Assembly: GCF_001194135.2 (NCBI RefSeq)
Contig: NC_068999.1
Span: 30,866,682 to 30,930,681, forward strand
DNA from: Octopus bimaculoides
Taxonomy: Eukaryota
DNA: 64,000 nt
Direction of reading: 5' to 3'
Part shown: piece after piece, positions 51,563 to 63,689 of the stretch
How the letters are laid out: each line of letters opens with the position of its first letter
How positions within the stretch are numbered: the first letter of the stretch is position 1
The notes under the pieces: generated by a model
What the model saw: only the letters and a program-made list of their open reading frames with translations
Database searches by the model: none
Told to the model about the DNA's origin: nothing
Translations under genes and position numbers: made by a program

Positions 51563-51900
51563 GTAGTGAAGGCGCATGGCTCAGTGGTTAGAGTGTTGAG
51601 CTTACGATTGTGAAGTTGTGAGCTCAAATCCCGGACCGGCCTGCGTGTTGTGTTCTTGAGCAAGACACTTTCTTTCACATTGCTCCAGTTCACTCAGCTG
51701 TAGAAATGAGTTGTGACATCACAGGTGCCAAGCTGTATCGGCCTTTGCCTTTCCCTTGGATAACACTGGTGGCATGGAGAGGGGAGACCGGTATGCATGG
51801 GCGACTGTTGGTCTTCCATAAACAACCTTGCCCGGACTTGTGCCTCGGAGGGTAACTTCCTAGGTGCAATCTCATGGTCAGTCATGACCGAAGGGGGTCT
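51563..51900 (+). mobile_element. tRNA-derived SINE (family C-like head/CORE, different tail)
   Basis: GGCGCATGGCTCAGTGGTTAGAG..GTGAGCTCAAATCCCGG then TGTGTTCTTGAGCAAGACACTTT..CATTGCTCCAGTTCACTCAGCTG. Confidence 0.85.
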
Positions 51901-52031
51901 CAGCATATATATATAGGAGAGTATTGTAGTTCGTTTGAAGCATTGTGTATTGTTTGTGAAATATAATATCTTGAATAGCACAACAATGCAGAGTGGACTA
52001 TAATAACTTATTATTCAATTATTCATAGTCT

Positions 52032-52073
52032 GATATAATATTTCAGAATATAAAAATTCCTTCTTCAGCTATC
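52032..52073 (-). ncRNA. Minimal type I hammerhead ribozyme motif in pLTR
   Basis: Minus strand GATAG-CTGAAGA-A-GGAAT-TTTTAT-ATTCT-GAAA-TATT-ATATC: catalytic core intact, 5-bp stem II, palindromic AATATT at stem III, stem I with one mismatch. Confidence 0.7.
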
Positions 52074-53276
52074 GCTAGGAATTGATCAAGTCACTGCTAT
52101 AATTGGTTTTCCAATTATTACTGAATTTTTTTGTTTTTTTGGAAGCATCTCTGCAGCAGTCTCACGAAGCTCCTTCCGGAATTCCTCATGAGAAGTGCAT
52201 AAGGGTGGCCATGTTTCAAGCACATCTGCGGTGCTGCTTCTAAGTTATGTATTATACGTGCAGTTTCTTTCTTTCTTTCTCTTTTTTTTAATACATGAGC
52301 ATGTCCTCAGAAATGAACTTATACACATCCAGATGTAGCTAAATAATATATTGATTGCTAACCTCCAGCCTGTTGTTAATTTGGGGCCCTAGTCTATCTA
52401 TGAAGATAGCTTCCTTAATTCTTAGATTTCTCAAATTTCTGTCATTGGCCTCAATTGTGACTGTTATGCTTTAGCTGGTGTTCCAGCATCTGTTGCGATG
52501 TTTTCTGAAGGAGGAAGTTTGCATGTTTAGATGTCCTTTGATGCAAATGTCTAACAGTCTTGTTGTGCTACCCACATAGAACTTATTGCATTTGTTACAT
52601 TGTATTCTATACACAACATTTACCCATTGGCATAGATCTGCCACAGATGGGGCAGTTAGCTAGTGGGCATTGATTGTTGTCCCTTGCTCATTTCTTTGCT
52701 AGGTGTCTTCTCAGAGAGGGGCTGGAGTGGGCTAGTTGTATGTCCAATCCTTAGCTTCTTATGGCTCTCTGGATGGCTGTAGTTATCCTGTCACTAAAAT
52801 GGGGTATTTTAAGGAAGCATGTATTGCTGGGTTTTCTCTGTGTTCGGCGTGTTTGTTGTCTTGGGTACTTAAGCTGGTTTATAATGGATATAGGGTACCC
52901 ATTGGTTTACAATACCTCTAGGAAGCATGTGGTGTGGGTCACCTTGTCTTCTGTTCTACTGTACTTGCTCTGGATGCATGTAAGTTCATTTCTAGCATAT
53001 TCTATTTTGGCACCGAGTGGAAGGGCTGAATTATAGTGAACAAATATATCTCTACTGGCTGATTTCCTTTCAGTGTGGATCTCTCCTTCTTCCATTGTTT
53101 TCAGCTGGAAGTCAAGCAGCTATAGGGATTCAGAGCTTGAGACATGGCCGCCCTGATGCACTTCTCATGAGGAATTCTGGAAGGAGCTTCATGAGACTAC
53201 TGCAAAGACACTTCAAAAAGAAATTTCAGTAACCATTGGAAATCTGATTATAACAGTAACTCAATCAATTCCTAGC

Positions 53277-53318
53277 GATATCTGAAAAAGGAATTTTTAT
53301 ATTCTTAAATATTATATC
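53277..53318 (+). ncRNA. Mutated hammerhead motif in the inverted pLTR
   Basis: GATAT-CTGAAAA-A-GGAAT-TTTTAT-ATTCT-TAAA-TATT-ATATC: stem I perfect but two core G substitutions. Confidence 0.6.
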
Positions 53319-53395
53319 AGACTATGAATAATTAAATTATAACAGTTATTATAGTCCACTTTGCATTATTGTGCCATTCAAGACACGTTATATTT

Positions 53396-53428
<33 letters not shown>

Positions 53429-54160
53429 NNNNNNNNNNNNNNNNNNNNNNNNNNNNNNNNNNNNNNNNNNNNNNNNNNNNNNNNNNNNNNNNNNNNNNNN
53501 NNNNNNNNNNNNNNNNNNNNNNNNNNNNNNNNNNNNNNNNNNNNNNNNNNNNNNNNNNNNNNNNNNNNNNNNNNNNNNNNNNNNNNNNNNNNNNNNNNNN
53601 NNNNNNNNNNNNNNNNNNNNNNNNNNNNNNNNNNNNNNNNNNNNNNNNNNNNNNNNNNNNNNNNNNNNNNNNNNNNNNNNNNNNNNNNNNNNNNNNNNNN
53701 NNNNNNNNNNNNNNNNNNNNNNNNNNNNNNNNNNNNNNNNNNNNNNNNNNNNNNNNNNNNNNNNNNNNNNNNNNNNNNNNNNNNNNNNNNNNNNNNNNNN
53801 NNNNNNNNNNNNNNNNNNNNNNNNNNNNNNNNNNNNNNNNNNNNNNNNNNNNNNNNNNNNNNNNNNNNNNNNNNNNNNNNNNNNNNNNNNNNNNNNNNNN
53901 NNNNNNNNNNNNNNNNNNNNNNNNNNNNNNNNNNNNNNNNNNNNNNNNNNNNNNNNNNNNNNNNNNNNNNNNNNNNNNNNNNNNNNNNNNNNNNNNNNNN
54001 NNNNNNNNNNNNNNNNNNNNNNNNNNNNNNNNNNNNNNNNNNNNNNNNNNNNNNNNNNNNNNNNNNNNNNNNNNNNNNNNNNNNNNNNNNNNNNNNNNNN
54101 NNNNNNNNNNNNNNNNNNNNNNNNNNNNNNNNNNNNNNNNNNNNNNNNNNNNNNNNNNNN
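53429..54160. other. Largest assembly gap (others: 1661-2029, 7665-7674, 24798-24876, 36069-36425, 37335-37621, 50247-50280, 59155-59452, 61117-61126)
   Basis: N runs, most adjoining microsatellite or AT-rich low-complexity tracts. Confidence 0.99.
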
Positions 54161-54329
54161 NAATGCTTGTTTTTAAGTTATACAAATTCATTATTCTTTA
54201 GCAAGAATAGTGTTGACAGTGGCTTTAAAATGCTAAGCCATCATCAGACTGTCTCCCCGTTTTGTCCTTTTTGGTTCTGTATAGAAATGACACCCTGGCT
54301 ATCTTTAGAGGCATACTCTAGATTGGCTT

Positions 54330-54990
54330 AAGATCTGATTAGCACCCTTAGCTCCATGGGACTGAAAATTACACTCAACACCTACCTCACCACCAAAGAC
54401 TTCTTAGATATTATGCCCAACTTGGGCTCTGGTACATACAGGCACAATTGCAAGCCAACGAGAGGCTGACATATATCAGCACATCCTCCTACCACCCATC
54501 CAATTGTGTTCAGAAACCTGGTGAAAAGTGTCAGCAAGAGTATCTCAAATCTGTCCTCTAACCAAGAAATTTTTGATGCAGTAGCCCTTGAGTATAACAA
54601 GGCTCTAGCTGCTAGTGGGTTTAGGGACTGCATCTCTTACATGCCAGGACCTAACACTCATAGAAGGAAGTGTCACCAAAATATTGCTTGGTTTGCCTCC
54701 CCCTTCTCCCTCAGCATGTGTAGGTAAGATACTTCTTAGGCTAGTAGATAAGCACATATGTATGGACAATCACATAGGTATGGACGTCTATTCAACAGAC
54801 ACAACCTACAGTTGTGGCCAAAAGTTTGGAACGCAAGTCTGAAAATAAGAATTTTTATATCAAATGCCTTAATATATATATTGTATATATTTGAATTGAA
54901 TTGTACATAATTGGGCATAATTTTAATTCTTAAAAAAATGTTCCAAACTTTTGGCCACAACTGTAAGAGTCTCTTTTAGCTGTGCTGCCA
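54330..54990 (+). mobile_element. Penelope-like element fragment (RT thumb/linker), interrupted by a MITE
   Basis: YISTSSYHP, FRNLVKSVSKSISNLSSNQEIFD..YNKALAASGF, NIAWFASPFS, LVDKH and FNRHNL|RVSFSCAANIKSIL rejoined across 54809-54963. Confidence 0.75.
54809..54963. mobile_element. 155-bp Tc1-type MITE
   Basis: Perfect 24-bp TIRs CAGTTGTGGCCAAAAGTTTGGAAC / GTTCCAAACTTTTGGCCACAACTG with TA TSD (54807-8, 54964-5). Confidence 0.93.
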
Positions 54991-56589
54991 ATATTAAGAG
55001 TATTCTGATTTTAACTTACCATCAATTTAGGTTGACAATTCATAAAACTCACCATACTGTATGTTATTACTTCATAAAACTCATTATATTATAGGCACAG
55101 CCATGGTTGTGTAGTAAGAAATTTGTACCAGGCTTTAAAAATAAGTTGATTCATTCAATTAAAAAAGATTTCTTCAAGGCAGTGCCCAGCATGGCCACAG
55201 TCTAATGACTGTAACAGATACAGGTTAAAAAATACTCTGCATCATCATTCCACAAAACTCACCATACCCCAATATTTATTGATTCAAACCCAGTAACATA
55301 AAATCTGAAGAACTTGAACTCTTCTACAATATGGGAGTTATCAACATTCTTGATTTGCTATGGCTTCCAGTTGGATTTATCTCAGTGTAGCTGACATCAG
55401 TATCAAACGGTGCAATGAATAATTGCTGTTTATAATCCAGTCTGAGTATATACAAAAAATACAACAGAATATACTGCAATAACCAGGTATTTCAAAATGC
55501 ATTATTGGAGTAACATAAATTCTTGTGATTTTATTTTACACATGTTAATATAATGCAAATTTTCATTTATGCAATGTCTAGTTATATTTCCCATAATACA
55601 TCACAGATTATGGTGTATGTATTATGTACATTAAAGAAAGATATTTCCAGAGACATATAATTCATCTTCAGGAAACTGGTATAAACAGTTGGAGTTTTAA
55701 ATTACATATTTAAACAGTTGTTTTGGATTCTTTCAACAATAAAGAAGAAACAAGAATTATGTGTGAAAACAACAATGAGTACACACAAGCATGCAAACGC
55801 ACATATATATGCACATGCATGCATACACATGCATATGCACACACACACACAGAGAAACAGAGAGGGGGAACAAGAGATTACCTGAATGTATGAAAATGGA
55901 GAGCTATATATATATATATATATATATATGCACAATATAAATATATCTAATAGACATTTGATTGCAATAAAAAGTAGATAGACATGAAATATTTTTAATG
56001 AATTAACATTTGCTTCTTAGTGGTAAAAAAGCAAACTAAAAGCCTAGCAATAGCTATTAATGAGTTTTAAAGAAAAGGGGAGAAAATTTCAAAGCATTTA
56101 AAGCCTACTTTCATAAAAAAATTGTATTTTCTTATTTTAGAGGAAAATGTGAACTTTGTTAGCATGCAAGGTGACAGTTATGGACATGTTTTAATCTTAT
56201 TAGCTCTTATGAGTGAAATGATCTTTTCATGCTGCTTTCATTGCTGGACACATTGAGTTTTACAAGTACAGTTGTAGAAATTTTATGAGTTTCAAAAACT
56301 TTTATCTGATAAAATTTGCATAATTACAAGAAAATGAACTTTGAGAAATAACTTAAGTGGGTCAACAATGGTCAGAGTTTTCAAAGTTGTTGGGCACATT
56401 TAATATTATTAGTAGTGTTGTGAATATGTTTTCTTTTTGACAAGTATTATCAACCTGTAGTCATATGATTTTGCTTTAGAGTTAATCATATGGTTGTTCA
56501 TGTGGCTGGTGGCATAGTTTTAAGTCATGTACATGAATAGTCTTACAGCTGGCTATGATATCACTGATGTTTATCCTTTTTATCAGTTA

Positions 56590-56910
56590 CTCGGGAGTGG
56601 GTTTCCTTCGGCAAGCCAAGTGAGATCGTTGGCAGTGCCCCTGGACTGGCTCTTGTGCGGGTGGCACATAAAAGACACCATTTCGAGCGTGGCCATTGCC
56701 GGTACCGCCTAACTGGCCTTCGTGCGGGTGACACGTAAAAGCACCCACTACACTCTCTGAATGGTTGGTGTTAGGAAGGGCATCCAGCTGTAGAAACTCT
56801 GCCAAATTAGATTGGAGCCTGGTGTTGCCATCCGGTTTCACCAGTCCTCAGTCAAATCGTCCAACCCATGCTAGCATGGAAAGCGGACGATGATGATGAT
56901 GATGATGATT
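56590..56910 (+). mobile_element. SINE family D, CpG-retaining, (GAT)n tail
   Basis: Closely similar, in inverted orientation, to 63690-64000. Confidence 0.85.
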
Positions 56911-56989
56911 GAAATGAGGTGAGAGATGAGGCTAACATCACTGATTGTGGGTTGGTTCCTGCATACTAGTGCTCTATCTATTATTGTTA

Positions 56990-58450
56990 ATGAGATTATT
57001 ATTGTCTATGTTTGAATTGTACTGTGAGGTTTTCCAAGAGGAGGTGACAGACTATGCTTTTGAGTTGGTACAGGCAGCTTTTGAAAATATTGATACGAAC
57101 GCCGAAAAACAAAAAAAATAATGTTATGTCCCTCTTCCACGAGCTGAGTTTGAAACCATGTTCTAGTTGTTCAGGACAGTGGTATTTCCTTTGTCCTGTC
57201 AATGAGCACGGTTATTTATGGCCGTAGGAATGTGATCTCTGACCTTCTCCGGTCATCGAAAGTTTAAAAGAGATAGGAACTGTACCCAGCTTTAGAGGGG
57301 GAACGCAGCACAGTTGGGTACAGTATGTCTATCTTTCTGGCTAATGACCTGTCATAAATACAGGAGCGTAAATTTGGAAGGGGTCAGTCGGTGAAGAACG
57401 AGTGGAGTGACAGCAGCGGTCAGTGAAGATGGACAGAGTAGTCGGTGATAGAGACTGAGAGAAAGAGGCTGAGAGAGGGAGGCTATTGACAGAAGGTACC
57501 AATCATCGAAATGGATAGAGCCAGTGACTGAGAGGGTATAGCCCGTAAGAGAGGCAGATAGGGACTGAGGCAGTCTGAGAGAGAGACAGAGAGATGGAAC
57601 TGTTGTAGCAGGCAAAGTGATGTAGTGGCAGATTGTAGTGGACTGTGTTGGTCAGTTCTTGTCGAAGTAGTAGGAGATTTGAAGGAAAAGTAATTTGTTA
57701 TAGTAAATGTTTGCTTATATTTTTAAAGAAAATGTACTTGCATTGTTATATGTTTTTGTGAAGAAAATAAAGAAAAAGAACTTTTGTTAATTGTGTTGTT
57801 AAAAGAAAGGAAAAGAAAAGAAAAACAAAAGAAGCAGAAGAACTTTTAAATGACTCTTGATAAACGAACTTTATGATTATGTAAAATGATTGAAAAACTT
57901 TGTAATTGTTTGGAAACTTTGTTAAATGTGTTATTCTAAAAGCAAGAATTATTGTGATTGAATGTATTTGTTTTGTTTTGAAAAAAAAAAGTTTAGTTTG
58001 ACTACGCAACGTATGGTCTGTGTTATTTCTTTTTCTTGTCATCATTAAGTGCTCCACAGGCTTGGCGGACATCCTGATTCACTGAGCGTCGTCATCGCGT
58101 GCGTGGGTTTTCTCTCATCGAAGGTCTCGCACGGGCGTTCGTAACAATATGTTCCATTAGCTCAATATAGCAGGTCTGTCATTGTAGAATACATCAGCAT
58201 GTTATACCCTGTTTCTTGTGCAACATTTGCCTTTCATGGGACAAGACTCGATGCTGTAAGTTATCCATGTTGATCTTGTAGCCATAGGATTCCTAAATTG
58301 TAGCTCTCTATGATACTAGAAACGTTCTTCTTGTAACTAAATCTTGCCTTTATGATGTTTCTTTTTAAAAAAGCTAGAAGCTGTGCCTGCTGGGAAGTGT
58401 TCGCTGGTGAGTCAGTTGAAGTTTTTACAATGCATATTTTCACACTAGAG
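56990..58450 (-). mobile_element. Penelope-like 3' fragment (linker + GIY-YIG) split by a solo LTR
   Basis: HFPAGTAS, FSYKKNVSSIIESYN, CPMKGKC and CYIELMEH|IFKSCLYQLKS rejoined across 57091-58146. Confidence 0.6.
57091..58146. mobile_element. Gypsy-type solo LTR, 1056 bp
   Basis: TG...CA ends with 13-bp inverted termini TGATACGAACGCC / GGCGTTCGTAACA (1 mismatch), 4-bp TSD ATAT (57087-90, 58147-50), CpG-rich, internal AATAAA. Confidence 0.85.
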
Positions 58451-58853
58451 TTCTATGGTGGATTGTACCATGTAACATTTATGTTCTTTATATAGTTGTG
58501 GTGGTTTCTATTTGTCTCTAGTAAATATTTAATTATCTCAGAGTAGTGGTTGGATTGCAATGACACACATTATCTAGTGGTTATCTTGATTGTGGTTCCA
58601 TCTTAAAATAAAGAGGTAATTCTCTTGCTGACTACTGATGGAATTAGGCAGGTCATTTGAATTTATATGAATCTCAAGCATAGCTGTGTAATTAAGAAGT
58701 TCTTGTCCCAACCTTTTGCCTTTAGGTTCAGTGACACTGTATGGCACCTTGGACTAGTGTCTTTTATTACAGCACAAGACTAATCAAAGTGGATTTGGTT
58801 GATAGAAACTGAAAGATTTCTGTTGTATATGTACACACACAAACATGTGTGTG

Positions 58854-58893
<40 letters not shown>

Positions 58894-59479
58894 AAAATGA
58901 AAAAAAGCCAGAATGCTGAACTGGAAGCATAATTTAATAAAGATTTTTTTCTGACCGGTTTTCATTGCGAAGAAGCGAATTATCAAGAAAAAGGAGAATG
59001 AAAATGTTTTTTTACAAAGAAGTACAAAATGAAGAAAATAATATATAAAACAATAATATATAAAAAAATAAATATACCCATACATTATATTGTCTTTGAG
59101 CTTTTGTAGTTCAATAGTAGTTCATGTATAAATTGGTAGGAAAAATAAGGATGCNNNNNNNNNNNNNNNNNNNNNNNNNNNNNNNNNNNNNNNNNNNNNN
59201 NNNNNNNNNNNNNNNNNNNNNNNNNNNNNNNNNNNNNNNNNNNNNNNNNNNNNNNNNNNNNNNNNNNNNNNNNNNNNNNNNNNNNNNNNNNNNNNNNNNN
59301 NNNNNNNNNNNNNNNNNNNNNNNNNNNNNNNNNNNNNNNNNNNNNNNNNNNNNNNNNNNNNNNNNNNNNNNNNNNNNNNNNNNNNNNNNNNNNNNNNNNN
59401 NNNNNNNNNNNNNNNNNNNNNNNNNNNNNNNNNNNNNNNNNNNNNNNNNNNNATATATATATATATACATATACTTATG

Positions 59480-59842
59480 TATGTATCCAGCATAGCCTTA
59501 CAGGTTTTAGTCAAACAAATCAACTCCAGGTCTTCATTATTTAAAACCTAGTACTTATTCTACAGGTCTTTTGCTGAACCAATAAGTTATGGTGACACAA
59601 ACAAACCAACACCAGTTGTCAAGCAGTGCTGAGGGACAAATACAAAGACAAACATATGTGCACACACACACAAACATACACACATAACTATGGCAGGTTT
59701 CTTTCAGTTCTGTCTACCAAATCACTCACAAAGACTTTGGTCTATCCAAGGTTATAGTTGAAGCACTTGCTCAAGATGCCAGACAGTGGGACTGAATCTG
59801 GAACCATGTGGTTGGGAACCAAGCTTCTTACCACACAGCCAC
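59480..59842 (-). mobile_element. SINE family A copy
   Basis: Reverse complement of the 50030 type. Confidence 0.8.
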
Positions 59843-60309
59843 ATTGTTATATAAGTATATACTGATAAATGAAAATGTGTATATGTTTGTGTGAATGAGT
59901 TTGTATTTCTCTCACATTCACTGGTTTGTAAATAAAAGGCTCATATGGTGTTGTTTGTTTCAAGTTCTCCACATAAAACATGTCTGGGACATCATTGCCT
60001 ACCTTGAAACAAGTGGGGATTAGTAACAAGAAAGCTCCAATCTATTTTTGTCAGACCCACATAAGTATGGAAAAGTAGATGTTAAAGCAATGATGATGGT
60101 AATGGAGTGGTTTTCAATGCTGGGATCTTCTGGCTCCAAAATATAGAGACTTCTTTTAATGGCATCAGTGTAAAGTTAACCAATGGATGCATAAGTTCCA
60201 TCCATCATGTTACCCTACAATATTATCCTAAAAATAAATAACCAAAGCTGCAAGGTAATGCATGACTAGTTTTTATCAATGTGAATAAATAAGCATTGCA
60301 TTTGATAGA

Positions 60310-60632
60310 AGGTGCATGATTTAGTGGTTAGGGTATTTGGCTCATGGTCATAAAGTCATGAGTTCCATGCCTGGCTGTATGCCGTGTCCTTGAGCAAGAC
60401 AATTTTTTTCATGTTGCTCTAGTCTACTCAGCTGATAAAAATGAGTTGTACTTGCAATTCAGAGGGTCAGCCTTGTTGCATTCTGTGTCACATTGAATCT
60501 TTCTAAGAACTACATTGAGGGTACATGTGTCTGTGAAGTTCTCAGCCACTTGCACGTTAATTTCACAAGCAGACTGTTCCACTGATTGGATCAACTGGGA
60601 CCCTCGTTGTCATAATCAATGGAGTGCCAGTT
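60310..60632 (+). mobile_element. SINE family C copy
   Basis: Collinear similarity to 9808-10130. Confidence 0.82.
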
Positions 60633-61072
60633 ACATTTGATAAAGAAACTTGAATGCTAAGGGTTAAACTATATGTGTGTGTGCACATAAGTGCATGTGT
60701 GTGCACATATGTGCATGTGTGTGTGTACTATATGCTTGTTTGTACACATATTCATAAAACAAATATAGGGTGAGAATATAGTGTATGCATTAGTACTGAT
60801 CAGACTACCACCAAAACTACCACCAGAACTGACCAGGCGCTAAAGAACAACAACCAATGAGGGAACCTCTATATGATCACATGCTCACTCAATCTACTAG
60901 AAATAGCAATCAAATATCTTTGAAATCACACACTATTGTCTAAAAATGAAAATACATGCTGTGCAATGTAGTCTTAGATATGCTATATCTGATGAAAGAC
61001 AATAAGGCCATGATTGGAATGCCTTTGATTATAGGCTAAAAGGGATCTTAACTGGTGTTTCAGCCATCCACA

Positions 61073-61116
<44 letters not shown>

Positions 61117-61252
61117 NNNNNNNNNNCACACACACACACAAACACACACACACACACACACACACATGCATGCACACACAAAAGAATACTAATGCATGTG
61201 GTTATGCAGCAAAATAAATGTTGGCATCAAAAATAATCTCTATACATCTCAG

Positions 61253-61560
61253 CAGGAGTTATGTAGGATTTAATTATACCTAGACAGGAAGTATGTGAGA
61301 TTTAATTGCATCTGTGCAGGAAGTATATTCTTATTAATCATATGTAAACAGGAAGTATGCTACATTTGTACAGTTATACCCAAAAAGGAACTATGTGGGA
61401 TTTAATTATACATAAACAGGAAGTATGTAGCATTTAACTATACATAAACAGGAAGTGTGTGGGATTTAATCATGCCAGTACAGGAAGTATGTGGGATGTA
61501 ATTATACTGGTACAGGAAGCAAGTGGGATATATTTATAGCTAAAAAGAAACTATGTGGGA
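61253..61560 (+). repeat. 32-bp minisatellite, ~10 degenerate units, consensus ~CAGGAAGTATGTGGGATTTAATTATACATAAA
   Basis: CAGG starts at 61253, 61285, 61317, 61349 and continue at ~32-bp spacing. Confidence 0.85.
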
Positions 61561-61957
61561 AAATTCATTATAGATAAGAAACAGTACAAAGATTGATCAA
61601 ATGACAAGATATGTACACTAATTATAAGAGTCTAGATGTATGTACCTTTATATTCTTCTTGTTAGTCTCTTGAATCAGAGAAAGATGACTCTGCAATATG
61701 TTGCAGAAAGTTCAAATGTTTGTGCTGTGCATGAGCTTACTCACTCCATGAAATCAGCATTGCCTGTACAAGTGTATGGAGTGCTACATGTAATATGTTG
61801 AAGTAACTGTGAAATGAAGTATTTTACTCAAGAATGCAATGCACTACTCAGTCTGGGAATCAAAACTACATCTATACTGGTGGTGATAGTAGTAAATCTT
61901 CAGATTTAGTGAACACATTAACTTAGTTGAAGTATTAATAAGTATATAGCAACAAGG

Positions 61958-62162
61958 TCATGAGCTGGCAGAATCATTAACACATCAAGCAAAATGCTTC
62001 ATGATATTTTATGTCTCTATGTTCTGAGTTCAAATTCTGCCAAAAGTGAACTTTGCCTTTCATCCTTTCAGGGTCGATGAAACAAGTACTGAGTACTGGG
62101 GTCAATGTAATCGACTTACCCATTCCCCCAAAATTGCTGGCCTGGTGTGAAAATTTGAAACT
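61958..62162 (+). mobile_element. SINE family B copy
   Basis: GAGCTGGCAGAATCATTAAC..GAGTTCAAATTCTGCC..CTTTGCCTTTCATCCTTTCAGGGTCGAT. Confidence 0.82.
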
Positions 62163-62619
62163 AATATGTGTATAGCTACAATATATATTATAGAGTGAGA
62201 ATGAAGTATGTTCTTATTTGTAATATATCTAATGGTGACAAAAAAAAAAAAAAACCATTTGGGAGGTTTATTTATATGTAAGCGTGCATATGGTGATGCT
62301 GTGAGAAAAATTTGAAACTGAGTTTTGGGATGAAATAATGCATAGAAAATGTGGAGATTAATGGAGACCTCTCAGTAGAAAATGATAGAATACAAATAAA
62401 CTTCATCATGTTTATATAAAGGTTCAATTTAATATTAGATATAAAACTTGAGTGAAATCCCTTTATGTTTAAGACAAAAGTTCTTAAACTTAGTCTTTTT
62501 TGTATTGTAAGAAGCTCTCCATCATCACTATTTCATTTTTACCAAAATGATCTTACTAGTGGAATGGCTTGTGTAATTGGTCTTAGACACATGAGTTGCA
62601 TTATTGCTCTTCTATGCAC

Positions 62620-63650
62620 ACATACATACATATATATATACTCATACGTGTATATTGGTTGTGTAGTTGTTCTTATACACAAGCATACATGTAAGTTGTA
62701 TAATTGTTCTTAAACAGGTATTCACACATACAATAATATAAGTGTTATTATACATGTCTATACACATATATACAGGTTGTATAATTGCTGCTGCATACAC
62801 ATACACACCTATATACACAGACGTATGTATTATACATACACATACACACACTTCTGTATATAAGAAATTTTGCAAAACTTCAAAACAAAGATTAAAGTAT
62901 TGGATATGATGATGATGATGATTTATTGGAATGTAATTTGATTTTGACTAACAATTTCACACATGCGTGGACACACATGTGCACACACATATGCGCACAC
63001 ACATATGTGCACACACATACATACGCATATATAATCACATACGCTACTTCATGTACAGGATAAATACACACATGTATACAACAGCACACATACATACATA
63101 CAATCAAGTACGCATTTAGTTGCATATAACTCACACATGCAATTGTTTACATATGTACAGTTGGACAAACACACAGAAGCTGAACTGTGGATGTTTTCAC
63201 ATTGTAAGAGAGAATGAAATTAAACAGTGAATGAAGAAGAAACATCAAACTAGCGATGAAAGGTAATGGGATGAAAAGTGAAAAGAGATGAAAGAAAATA
63301 AGGGTCAGGATGAGAATGGATGTGATGTGAGAAGGTGAGGGGGCTGATGCAATTAGAGATGATGTTATGCACTGAGAGATGATGTGAAATGATGTGAGAT
63401 GAAAAAATGGAAGTCATGATGTATAATGAGATGAGATGTAAGGTGATGCAATGAGATGTGAGATGATGTGAGAAGAGATGATGTGAGAAGAGATGATGTA
63501 ATGTAATGTGATATGATGCTATAAAATTTGATGTGAGGTGATGTTGTGTGAGGTCATGTGATGCATTGTGGTGAGATGTGATATAATGAAAGGTGATGCA
63601 ATGAAATGTGACATGAGTAGATGTGGTATGATGTCAGGTAAATCATATAG
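62620..63650. repeat. Low-complexity (TA/CA/TG) tract followed by degenerate GATGT/GATGA satellite-like tract
   Basis: Direct inspection (63240-63650 is GA(T)GT-rich). Confidence 0.8.
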
Positions 63651-63689
63651 AACAATTTGCATATGTAACATACTTTTGACGGAATTTTC

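Larger units (their letters stand above)
51957..53397 (-). mobile_element. 5'-truncated Penelope-like element between inverted pseudo-LTRs
   Basis: Minus: IHTERKSASRDIFVHYNSALPLGAKI, NGYP, GIY-YIG NVVYRIQCNKCNKFYVGSTTRLL, LRIKEAIFIDRLGPQIN; ~285-bp inverted repeats at 51957-52241 and 53115-53397. Confidence 0.9.

Noticed and set aside
51045-51566. 173-aa hydrophobic ORF
   Set aside because: Translation of pyrimidine-rich low-complexity DNA ending in a (TG)n/(TA)n microsatellite.
1464-59523. Long ORF-track entries full of X (e.g. 1464-2060, 36027-36443, 53369-54331, 59111-59470)
   Set aside because: They only span N gaps and microsatellites.
61253-61560. CRISPR-like regular spacing
   Set aside because: Whole units are similar (no unique spacers), the context is eukaryotic and there are no cas genes; it is a minisatellite.
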